A stretch of 32,000 bases of DNA from Candidatus Saccharimonadota bacterium (lineage in GTDB: Bacteria > Bacteroidota > Bacteroidia > Flavobacteriales > Blattabacteriaceae). Shown piece by piece: positions 24,072-32,000 of the stretch. The translations under genes were made by a program, and so were the position numbers. The stretch is taken from positions 105,340 to 137,339 of the forward strand of contig NZ_CP104096.1 of the NCBI RefSeq assembly GCF_033370915.1, given 5' to 3'. How positions within the stretch are numbered: the first letter of the stretch is position 1; every line of letters begins with the position of its first letter. The notes under the pieces are model-generated. The model did not search any database, had not been told where the DNA came from, and saw only the letters and a list, made by a program, of their open reading frames with translations.

Positions 24072-27000
24072 TATATGTTTTTTTTTTTGATGTAGAAACA
24101 ACTGGTTTACCAAAAGATAATAAATTTATTTTAGAAAAAATATTACAATGGCCTCGTTTAATACAAATATCATGGCAATTATATAATTATAAATATAAAT
24201 TAATAGATATTAAAAATTATTATATAAAAAATTTAAAAAAAAATAAATATTTTAAAAAAAATAATATAATATATGGAAAAATTAAAACAATAAAAGAAGT
24301 ATTAAATAAATTTTATAAACTATTAAAAAACACTTATTTTATAATTGGACATAATATTAATTTTGATTGTAATATAATAATAGGAGAATATTATAGATTA
24401 AATAAAAATTTAAAAATAAAAAATATTTTATTTAAAAAAAATAAAATTAATACAATTAAACTTATTAATTATAATAAGTATTTAAATTTAAAAAATACTT
24501 TTAATTTATTATATAATAGAAAAAAAAAAAAATTTTTATTTCATAATTCATTATATGATATATATATTAATATTTTTGTTTTTATAAAATTAATATATTA
24601 TAAATTAATAAAATTTAATTTTAAATTTAATATTAAAAAATTTTTATTAAATATACCAATTTATAATAATATTAAATTAAATAAAAAAATAAATTATTTT
24701 AATATTCATAATCACTCAGATTATTCAATTTTTAATTCTACTATAAAAATTAAAGATTTAATTAAAAAATCTATTAAATATAAAATGAAATCAGTTGGAA
24801 TTACTGATAATAATATGATGGGTGTATATAAATTTTATGAAGAAATTAATAAAATAAATAAAGTAAAAAAAATTATAAAAGGTATAGTAGGATGTGAAAT
24901 AAATATAAAAATCAAAAATAAATTATATCCTTATATTTTAATTATAAAAAATATAAAAGGTTATTATAATTTAATAAAAATTAATTCTTATAGTAATATT
25001 AAAACAAAAAATATTAATTATATAAATATAAAAATAATTAAAAAATATTCAAAAGGTTTAATATTTTTAACAGGTACTTTAAAATCTGAAATTTCTTATT
25101 ATATAATAAAAAATAAAATTAAAAAAGCTATTAAAATATTATTAGATTGGAAAAAAATATTTAAAAATAATATTTTTATTGAAATTTTTAGAGATGGATT
25201 TAAATATGAAAAAAAAGTAAATAAATATTTAATTTTTTTTTCTAAAAAATATAAAATTAAATATATTAATCAACAAGAAACTTTTTATCTTAATAAATCA
25301 GATTATAAAATATATAAAATTTTATTATGTATAAAAAATAAAATAAATATTTATCAAAATAATGATAAAAATATTTTTCCTAAAAACAATTTTTATTTAA
25401 AAAAATATTCAAATATTAAAAATAAATTTAAAAAGTTTAAAAAAGGTTTCAAAAATTTAAATATTTTATTTAAAAAAATAAAATATATAAAACTAAATAA
25501 TAGGGTTTTATTACCTAAATATAAAATTAATAAAAAATTTAATAATAAAAATTATTTATATTTAAAATATTTAATTTATAAAGGAGCTAAAAAAAAATAT
25601 GGTAAAATTAATAATAAAATAAATAAAAGAATTATAAAAGAATTAAAAATTATTAAATATAAAAATTTTGAAAATTATTTTTTAATAGTTTATGATTTAA
25701 TTAAAAAAGCTAAAGAATTAGATATTTACGTAGGTCCTGGTAGAGGTTCAGTGGCAGGTTCTATAATTGCATATTGTTTAAATATTACTAAAGTAGATCC
25801 GTTAAAATTTAACTTAATTTTTGAAAGATTTTTAAATAATGAAAGAATTAAATTACCTGATATAGATATTGATTTAGAAGATAAAGGTAGAAAAAAATTA
25901 TTATTATATATTAATTACAAATATGGTGGTAATGTAGCTAATATAATAACTTATAATAAAATAGGGTCAAAAACTGCAATTAAAGATGTTTCAAGAGTGT
26001 TTAATTTATCTTTTAAAGAAGCTAATAATTTATCTAAAATGATAATTAATAATTTTACATTAAAAAAAATTTTAAATAATAATATTTTATTTTTTAAAAA
26101 GAAATTATCATTAAGTAAATTTAATAAGATTTTAAATATTAGAAATATATATAATGATAAAAATTCTATAAAAAGTAAAATATTAAAATACGCAAAGAAA
26201 TTAGAAGGATTAATTAGATGTACTGGGATACATGCTTGTGGAATCATAATTACTAGTAACAAATTAATTAATTATGTACCATTAATGTATAATAATAAAA
26301 ATAATAATTTATTATTAACACAATATGATAAAAGATGTATAGAAAATATTGGATTATTAAAAATTGATTTATTAGCGTTAAAAACATTAAATATAATTAA
26401 AAATAGTTTATTAGAAATTATTAAAAATAAAAAAAAAATAAAATTAAATTTATATGATAATAATACTTATAAATTATTTAATGATTCAAAAACTACTGGT
26501 ATTTTTCAATTTGATTCATATAATATAAAACAAATATTAAATATTATGAAACCTAATAATTTTAAAGATTTAATTGCTATTAATGCTTTGTATAGACCAG
26601 GTACAATAAATAATTTATATGAATTTTTATTAAGAAAAAAACAAATAAAACAAATAAAATATGATATAAAAGATATAAAAAAATATTTAATTGAAACATA
26701 TGGAATAACACTTTATCAAGAACAAGTTATATTAATAGCTAGAAAATTATCAGGTATTAGTAAAAGTGATGCTGATATTTTAAGAGAAGCAATTGGTAAA
26801 AAACAAATTAATAAATTAAATTTAATAAAAAAAAAATTTTTAAAAAAGGCATTAAAAAAAGGTTATTTATTAAATCAATTAAAAAAAATATGGAAAGGTT
26901 GGGAAAATTTTGTTTTATATGCATTTAATAAAGCACATGCCACTTGTTATTCATTTATAGCTTATCAAACAGGATTTTTAAAAATTAATTATACAATAGA

Positions 27001-28060
27001 ATTTATGTGTACGTTATTAAATAATAATATAAATAATAAAAAACAAATTGAAAGATTTATAAATGATGCAAAAAAATTTAAAATTAAAATTTTACCACCT
27101 GATATAAATATTAGTAAATACAAATTTGTTATAGAAAAAAATAAATATATTAGATCAGGTTTAGGAATAATAAAAAATATAGGTTATAAAACTGTTAATG
27201 AGATTATTAAACAAAAAAAATTTAAATCTTTAAAAGATTTTTTAATAAAAATAAAAATTAAAAATAAAAAAGTAATAAAATCATTAATATTATCAGGAGC
27301 TTTTGATTGTTTTAAAATAAAAAGATATATATATTTTTTAAAATATAATAAAAAATTTAATATTATTAATTATTTATTATTTAAAATAAATAATAAAATA
27401 AATGATAAATTATTAAATAAAATTTTTAATATTAAAAAAAAAATAAATAAAAAATATATAAAATTATATTATATAAATAAACAAAAAAAAATATTAGGTT
27501 ATTATATAAAATTACATCCTTTATATTATTATAAATTTGAAATTATATATTTAAAATTAAAAAATTTAAATTATTTAAAATATAAAAATTATAAAATTTA
27601 TTATTTTTATGGATTAATTAAAAAAATTTATTATTATAATAATAATTATTATATTTTAATTGAAGATAATTTAAATAATAATAAAAAAATATTAATTAAT
27701 AATAATTTATATAATAAAAATATTATTAAATTATATAATATAATAATTATTAAATGTTATTTTATATACAATAATATAAATATTTTAAATATTATAGATA
27801 TAAATGATATATTTAATTATTATAATTTAATGTTATTAAAAATAAATAAAAATATTTTTATAAATCATAATAAAATAATTAAAAAATTTTTATATTTTAA
27901 AAAAAAATATAAAGGTAAACAAAAAATATATATACAAATTTATTATTTAAAGAATATATATAAAAAAATAATTATAAAAAATATAAAAATTAATAGAAAT
28001 ATTTTTATATTTTTAAATGAAAATAATAAACATAAAAATATTAAATATTCATTATTTTAA
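24038..28060 (+). CDS. dnaE: DNA polymerase III alpha subunit with N-terminal epsilon-like 3'-5' exonuclease domain (start uncertain)
   Basis: Exo motifs are intact: ExoI 'FDVETTG', ExoII 'IIGHNINFDCNII', ExoIII 'HNSLYDIYINIF'. They are followed by PHP ('HNHSDYSIFNS...VGITDNNMMG'), the polymerase core ('GPGRGSVAGSIIAYCLNITKVDP', 'PDIDIDL', 'HACGIII', 'IGLLKIDLLALKTL', 'FNKAHATCYS') and a C-terminal OB region. The only in-frame ATG upstream of ExoI (24038) lies inside tRNA-Leu. The 3' end at 28060 is firm. Confidence 0.9.
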   Translation: MNFAGSSPALGIYVFFFDVETTGLPKDNKFILEKILQWPRLIQISWQLYNYKYKLIDIKNYYIKNLKKNKYFKKNNIIYGKIKTIKEVLNKFYKLLKNTYFIIGHNINFDCNIIIGEYYRLNKNLKIKNILFKKNKINTIKLINYNKYLNLKNTFNLLYNRKKKKFLFHNSLYDIYINIFVFIKLIYYKLIKFNFKFNIKKFLLNIPIYNNIKLNKKINYFNIHNHSDYSIFNSTIKIKDLIKKSIKYKMKSVGITDNNMMGVYKFYEEINKINKVKKIIKGIVGCEINIKIKNKLYPYILIIKNIKGYYNLIKINSYSNIKTKNINYINIKIIKKYSKGLIFLTGTLKSEISYYIIKNKIKKAIKILLDWKKIFKNNIFIEIFRDGFKYEKKVNKYLIFFSKKYKIKYINQQETFYLNKSDYKIYKILLCIKNKINIYQNNDKNIFPKNNFYLKKYSNIKNKFKKFKKGFKNLNILFKKIKYIKLNNRVLLPKYKINKKFNNKNYLYLKYLIYKGAKKKYGKINNKINKRIIKELKIIKYKNFENYFLIVYDLIKKAKELDIYVGPGRGSVAGSIIAYCLNITKVDPLKFNLIFERFLNNERIKLPDIDIDLEDKGRKKLLLYINYKYGGNVANIITYNKIGSKTAIKDVSRVFNLSFKEANNLSKMIINNFTLKKILNNNILFFKKKLSLSKFNKILNIRNIYNDKNSIKSKILKYAKKLEGLIRCTGIHACGIIITSNKLINYVPLMYNNKNNNLLLTQYDKRCIENIGLLKIDLLALKTLNIIKNSLLEIIKNKKKIKLNLYDNNTYKLFNDSKTTGIFQFDSYNIKQILNIMKPNNFKDLIAINALYRPGTINNLYEFLLRKKQIKQIKYDIKDIKKYLIETYGITLYQEQVILIARKLSGISKSDADILREAIGKKQINKLNLIKKKFLKKALKKGYLLNQLKKIWKGWENFVLYAFNKAHATCYSFIAYQTGFLKINYTIEFMCTLLNNNINNKKQIERFINDAKKFKIKILPPDINISKYKFVIEKNKYIRSGLGIIKNIGYKTVNEIIKQKKFKSLKDFLIKIKIKNKKVIKSLILSGAFDCFKIKRYIYFLKYNKKFNIINYLLFKINNKINDKLLNKIFNIKKKINKKYIKLYYINKQKKILGYYIKLHPLYYYKFEIIYLKLKNLNYLKYKNYKIYYFYGLIKKIYYYNNNYYILIEDNLNNNKKILINNNLYNKNIIKLYNIIIIKCYFIYNNINILNIIDINDIFNYYNLMLLKINKNIFINHNKIIKKFLYFKKKYKGKQKIYIQIYYLKNIYKKIIIKNIKINRNIFIFLNENNKHKNIKYSLF

Positions 28061-28069
28061 TATTTTTTT

Positions 28070-29038
28070 TTATATATTTAAACCTAATTTTTCTTTTATT
28101 AAAAAAATTTTTTTTTTAGCTATTTTATTTACATGTTTATAACCATTATATAAAATATTTTTTATAATATTTTTATTATTTATATAATAATAATATTTTT
28201 TTCTTTCTTTTGCATAAAAATATAATATATATTTATATAATTTATTTTTAATATTATAAAAACCTATTTTATTATTTTTAATTTTTTCTTTTAAATATGT
28301 AAATTCTTCTTTATTTGTAATAATTTTATATAATTTTAATAAAATAGTATTTTTAATTTCATTATAATTTATTGTTTTATTAGTAGTTTTTATATTCATT
28401 ATTTGCTTTTTTAAATTATCTTTATCATCAAAAATATTAATAATATTATTTTTTGATTTACTCATTTTATAACCATCTATACCAGGTATTATATAATTAT
28501 ATTTTATTTTATATTTTGGAATAATAAAAATATTTTCTTTTAATTTATTATTAATTATTTTAGCTATTTTTCTAGTTATTTCTATGTGTTGTTTTTGATC
28601 TTTACCAATAATTACTTTATTAATGTCATATAATAAAATATCAGAAGCCATTAATATTGGATAATTAAATATTCCAGTATTTAAATTATTTTTATTACTT
28701 TTAAAACCATGACATAATTTTAATCTATTAAAAGGATAAAAACAATTTAAATACCAAAATAATTCATTTATTTCTTTAATATCAGATTGTCTATAAAAAT
28801 AGACATTTTTAGTAAATTTTAAAAAAGATAACCAAGTAGCAGCATTTTTATATATATTATTTTTTAAAGTATTATTATTTTTATAATTAGTAATAGAATG
28901 TAAATCAGCTATAAAAATAAAAAATAAATTATTTTTATTCTTTTTAATATATGATATAGTTGGTAAAATAATACTATAAATATTAGCTATATGTGGAGTA
29001 CCTGAGCTTTGTATACCAGTAATAAATTTTTTATTCAT
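28070..29038 (-). CDS. trpS: Tryptophanyl-tRNA synthetase
   Basis: 'ITGIQSSGTPHIANIY' is the HIGH-like region, and 'GKDQKQHIEITRKIA' and 'KMSKS' are present. The start overlaps the rpmA stop (ATGA). Confidence 0.9.
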   Translation of the reverse strand: MNKKFITGIQSSGTPHIANIYSIILPTISYIKKNKNNLFFIFIADLHSITNYKNNNTLKNNIYKNAATWLSFLKFTKNVYFYRQSDIKEINELFWYLNCFYPFNRLKLCHGFKSNKNNLNTGIFNYPILMASDILLYDINKVIIGKDQKQHIEITRKIAKIINNKLKENIFIIPKYKIKYNYIIPGIDGYKMSKSKNNIINIFDDKDNLKKQIMNIKTTNKTINYNEIKNTILLKLYKIITNKEEFTYLKEKIKNNKIGFYNIKNKLYKYILYFYAKERKKYYYYINNKNIIKNILYNGYKHVNKIAKKKIFLIKEKLGLNI

Positions 29039-29289
29039 ATTATTGGAATTACATATATATATGTTTTTTTTTTTATTTTTTTATATTTTATATATCCATA
29101 AATTTTTGAATGTATTGTAAAATCTTTACTAATATAAGTATTAATTCCTGAATAATATTTATTACCTCTTTGTCTAACAATTATATTACCTGGTTTAGTT
29201 AAATTATTACCAAATAATTTAATTCCTAATCTTTTACCTTTTGAATCTCTACCATTTTTTGAACTTCCTACTCCTTTTTTATGTGCCAT
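29035..29289 (-). CDS. rpmA: 50S ribosomal protein L27
   Basis: 'MAHKKGVGSSKNGRDSKGKRLGIKLFGNN...GNIIVRQRGNKYYSGIN' is the canonical L27 sequence. Confidence 0.95.
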   Translation of the reverse strand: MAHKKGVGSSKNGRDSKGKRLGIKLFGNNLTKPGNIIVRQRGNKYYSGINTYISKDFTIHSKIYGYIKYKKIKKKTYIYVIPII

Positions 29290-29291
29290 AT

Positions 29292-29612
29292 TTAAATATG
29301 TTTAATTTTTATTATTTTTAATTTAGTTAATATTTGTCTATGTCCTATTTTTTTTTTATAACCTTTTCTTTTTTTTTTTTTAAAAATAATTATTTTATTA
29401 GTTTTAATATGATTTATTACTATAGCTTTAATAATAAAATTTTTAATATTTGGATTACCAATTAATATTTTATTATTTTTATCTTTAATCAATAAAATAT
29501 TTTTTTTAAAATTAATAATTTTATTAATTTTATATTTTAATTTATTTAAATAAATAAATTTATTAGGAAATATTAAATATTGAATATTACCTATTTTTAT
29601 AACGGCTTCCAT
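29292..29612 (-). CDS. rplU: 50S ribosomal protein L21
   Basis: 'MEAVIKIGNIQY' start and the 'KKKKRKGYKKKIGHRQ' motif are present. The gene sits immediately upstream of rpmA, the conserved rplU-rpmA pair. Confidence 0.88.
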   Translation of the reverse strand: MEAVIKIGNIQYLIFPNKFIYLNKLKYKINKIINFKKNILLIKDKNNKILIGNPNIKNFIIKAIVINHIKTNKIIIFKKKKRKGYKKKIGHRQILTKLKIIKIKHI

Positions 29613-29638
29613 TAATTTAATTTTTATATAATATTAAT

Positions 29639-31066
29639 TTAAATATTATTTTTAAAAAATAATGATATATCAAATTTTTTTTTAAAATATTTAATTAATT
29701 TATTTATTTTACATCTTATTTGTTTCATAGTATCTCTAAATCTAATAGTTACTGTATTATTCTTTAATGTAATAAAATCAATAGTAATACAATAAGGAGT
29801 ACCTAATGAATCTTGAATTTTATATCTTTTTCCAATTGATTTATTTTCATCATAAATAGTAGTAAAATTATATTTTAAATTATTAAATATATTTTTTGAT
29901 ATATTAATTATTTGAGTGTTTTTTATTATTGGAAATATAGCAATTTTAATTGGAGAAATAAATTTAGGTAATTTTAAATATATTCTTTTTTTATTATTAA
30001 TATTTTCAATTTTTAATGAATTAGTAAATATTGAATAAAATAATCTATCTAATCCTAAAGAAGTTTCTATTACATATGGTATATATTTATTTTTTTCTTT
30101 ATTATCATAAAAATATAAATTTTTTTTAGATAATTTATTATGATTTTTTAAATCATAATTTTTTCTAAAATGAATACCTTCTAATTCTTTAAATTTATTA
30201 AATATTTTAAATTCTATATCAGTAGCAAATTTACAATAATGTGATAAATTTTTATGAATTTTTAATTTATATTTTTTTTTATTTATTAAATAATAATGCC
30301 ATTTTAATCTAGATTTTAACCAATATTTATACCATTTTTTTTCTTGACCAGGATAAATAAAAAATTGCATTTCCATTTGTTCAAATTCTCTTGTTCTAAA
30401 AATAAATTGTTTAGAAATTATTTCATTTCTAAAAGATTTTCCTATTTGTGCAATTCCAAAAGGAATTTTCAATCTATTAGAATTTTTAACATTTTTAATA
30501 TTTACAAAGATACCTTGAGCTGTTTCAGGTCTTAAATATGTAAATTTTTCATTATTTAATGAATTTAATTTTGTTTTAAACATTAAATTAATGTTATTTA
30601 TATTTTTCCATTTAAATTTTTTAGATAAATTATTTTTTTTAATTATTTTTTTTAAAAACAAATTTAATTTATTTATTTTTTTATTTTTTAAATAATAATA
30701 AAAAATTAATTTTATTTTTTTTTTATTTTCAATTATTTTCTTATTAATTATTTTATAAAATAATTTATCTATTATATAGATTTTATTATCAATATAATTT
30801 ATAATAAATAATTCATTAAAATTATTTATATGACCTGATGCTTTCCATACTTTATTATTCATTAATATAGATGATTCTATTCCTACTATATTATCTCTAT
30901 ATTTTACCATATAATTCCACCAAAATTTTTTAATATTATTTTTCATTTCAATTCCTTGTGGACCATAATCATATATTGATTTTATACCATTATAAATTTC
31001 ACTTGATTTAAAAATAAAACCATATAATTTAGCATGATTAATAATTATTTTAAGTTTATTATCCAT
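29639..31066 (-). CDS. glyQS: Glycyl-tRNA synthetase, single-chain (alpha2) type
   Basis: 'HAKLYGFIFKSSEIYNGIKSIYDYGPQGIEMKNNIKKFWW', 'LRPETAQGIF', 'IAQIGKSFRNEI' and 'REFEQMEMQFF' are present, plus an anticodon-binding C-terminus. I place the start at the Met of 'MDNKLKII' (ATG at 31066-31064). The 21 codons upstream in the track ORF are a translation of tRNA-Phe. Confidence 0.92.
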   Translation of the reverse strand: MDNKLKIIINHAKLYGFIFKSSEIYNGIKSIYDYGPQGIEMKNNIKKFWWNYMVKYRDNIVGIESSILMNNKVWKASGHINNFNELFIINYIDNKIYIIDKLFYKIINKKIIENKKKIKLIFYYYLKNKKINKLNLFLKKIIKKNNLSKKFKWKNINNINLMFKTKLNSLNNEKFTYLRPETAQGIFVNIKNVKNSNRLKIPFGIAQIGKSFRNEIISKQFIFRTREFEQMEMQFFIYPGQEKKWYKYWLKSRLKWHYYLINKKKYKLKIHKNLSHYCKFATDIEFKIFNKFKELEGIHFRKNYDLKNHNKLSKKNLYFYDNKEKNKYIPYVIETSLGLDRLFYSIFTNSLKIENINNKKRIYLKLPKFISPIKIAIFPIIKNTQIINISKNIFNNLKYNFTTIYDENKSIGKRYKIQDSLGTPYCITIDFITLKNNTVTIRFRDTMKQIRCKINKLIKYFKKKFDISLFFKNNI

Positions 31067-31071
31067 AAAAA

Positions 31072-31144
<73 letters not shown>

Positions 31145-31148
31145 AAAA

Positions 31149-31898
31149 TTAATTAATTAAATAATATTTAAAATATTTAATTTTAATATTATTTTTAAAA
31201 ATATATAAAAATTTTTTATGATTATATTTAAATTTATAAAAAATTTTTTTATTATTAATAAAAAATTCTTTACTAAAAAAATATTTATTTAATTTAATTA
31301 AAAATTTTTTATTATTAATAATTAAATTATTAATAATAATATAAATAGCAATATTTTTACTAATATAATAAATAAAATTATAATTTAAATTATAAATATT
31401 TTTATAGTTAATTTTTAAACCTACAATAGAAGAAAATTTATAATTGTGATGATTATAATTATTTATATAATCACATTTAATTTTATAAAAATTTGATATA
31501 ATTATTGTATCTTTAAACATTATATTTTTATCTAAAATTTCATTTTTTACAATACTATTTTTAAGTAAATCTTTTATATTATTAATGTTTGATTTAAAAG
31601 AAATTTTAATTATTTTTTTTATAAAATTTTTAAAATTAATATTATTTATTATAAAATCAGAATTAACATTTATTTTAATTATAACACCTATATTTTTTTT
31701 TTTATTAATTTTTGATAATACTATTCCATTATTAATTTTATAATTATTATTTTTTAATTTTGATTTAAATTTTTTTCTTAAATATTCAATTGATTTTTTT
31801 ATATCCCATTTATTAATTGTTAAAGCTTTTTTACAAAGTAAAATACTAAATTTAGTTAATTTTCTTAATTTTAAGATAATTATATTTTTTTTATTCAT
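31149..31898 (-). CDS. tsf: Elongation factor Ts
   Basis: The N-terminal UBA-like 'LKLRKLTKFSILLCKKALTINKWDIKKSIEYLRKK' follows the VKxLRxxTGAGxxDCKKALxExxGDxxxAIxxLRxKG pattern, and 'INVNSDFIINN' (E.N.ETDFVA.N) is present. The protein is highly diverged and low in complexity. Confidence 0.8.
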   Translation of the reverse strand: MNKKNIIILKLRKLTKFSILLCKKALTINKWDIKKSIEYLRKKFKSKLKNNNYKINNGIVLSKINKKKNIGVIIKINVNSDFIINNINFKNFIKKIIKISFKSNINNIKDLLKNSIVKNEILDKNIMFKDTIIISNFYKIKCDYINNYNHHNYKFSSIVGLKINYKNIYNLNYNFIYYISKNIAIYIIINNLIINNKKFLIKLNKYFFSKEFFINNKKIFYKFKYNHKKFLYIFKNNIKIKYFKYYLIN

Positions 31899-32000
31899 TT
31901 ATTTTTTCATTATTGTTTTTTTCTTCATTTATTTTTTCATTATTGTTTTTTTCTTCATTTATTTTTTCATTATTGTTTTTTTCTTCATTTATTTTTTCAT
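31891..32000 (-). CDS. 3' end of an upstream ORF whose tail is encoded by the tandem repeat (possibly rpsB, by the common rpsB-tsf order)
   Basis: One minus-strand frame is open from the window edge through the repeats. It encodes (EKNNNEKINE)n and stops at TAA 31893-31891, overlapping the tsf start by 8 nt. No catalytic or ribosomal motif is visible in the window, so identity rests on synteny only. Confidence 0.4.
   Translation of the reverse strand, partial: EKINEEKNNNEKINEEKNNNEKINEEKNNNEKINE
31894..32000. repeat. Perfect 30-bp tandem repeat, at least 3.5 copies, running off the window end
   Basis: The unit 'ttcatttattttttcattattgtttttttc' occurs at 31894-31923, 31924-31953 and 31954-31983, with a partial copy at 31984-32000. 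All copies are identical. A degenerate further copy (10 of 13 flanking nt) extends into the first tsf codons at 31881-31893. Confidence 0.95.

Noticed and set aside
25951-26262. 103-aa ORF on the - strand
   Set aside because: It lies antisense inside the dnaE polymerase core. It is hydrophobic, low in complexity and has no motif.
30344-30535. 63-aa ORF on the + strand
   Set aside because: It lies antisense inside the glyQS catalytic core. It has no motif.
31894-32000. The 30-bp repeat array as a CRISPR array
   Set aside because: The units are directly adjacent with no spacers, there is no dyad symmetry typical of CRISPR repeats, and no cas genes are nearby. It is a simple tandem repeat.

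Overview
The window is gene-dense and visibly more than 80% A+T. It carries almost only housekeeping genes, which fits a highly reduced bacterial endosymbiont genome under the standard code (TGG = Trp, TGA used as a stop). Several features point to a Bacteroidota/Flavobacteriales-type insect symbiont: a short ~290-aa RpoD, a DUF3127-like protein, an archaeal-type ProRS ending in Tyr, a single-chain GlyRS, no Shine-Dalgarno motifs, and an epsilon-like exonuclease fused to DnaE. The only metabolic genes are pfkA, aroC and aroK, which resembles the shikimate-provisioning beetle symbionts (Candidatus Shikimatogenerans-like); that identification is inference only. I support 27 CDS plus one partial tail ORF: mutL (partial), aspS, pnp, rpoD, pfkA, DUF3127, an O-methyltransferase, cysS, proS, miaA, aroC, gyrB, fmt, aroK, tilS, thrS, infC (absent from the ORF track, non-AUG start), rpmI, rplT, rnz, mutS, dnaE, trpS, rpmA, rplU, glyQS and tsf. 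Six tRNAs (His, Gln, Lys, Gly, Leu, Phe) stand out as the only GC-rich islands, and none encodes CCA. I see no rRNA, CRISPR array, mobile element or obvious accessory or defence system, so this is core genome. The points worth a second look are architectural or degenerative: (1) dnaE has no clean start, because its ORF begins inside tRNA-Leu or at an ATG one base out of frame across a T11 tract; (2) tRNAs abut downstream CDS starts by 0-5 nt, a mitochondria-like punctuation pattern; (3) the MutL endonuclease motifs are lost and its ORF reads through antisense tRNA-His, while MutS looks intact; (4) ThrRS lacks the whole N-terminal TGS/editing region; (5) a perfect 30-bp tandem array sits at the tsf start and the upstream-gene tail; (6) in-frame homopolymers of 13-16 nt occur in essential genes.
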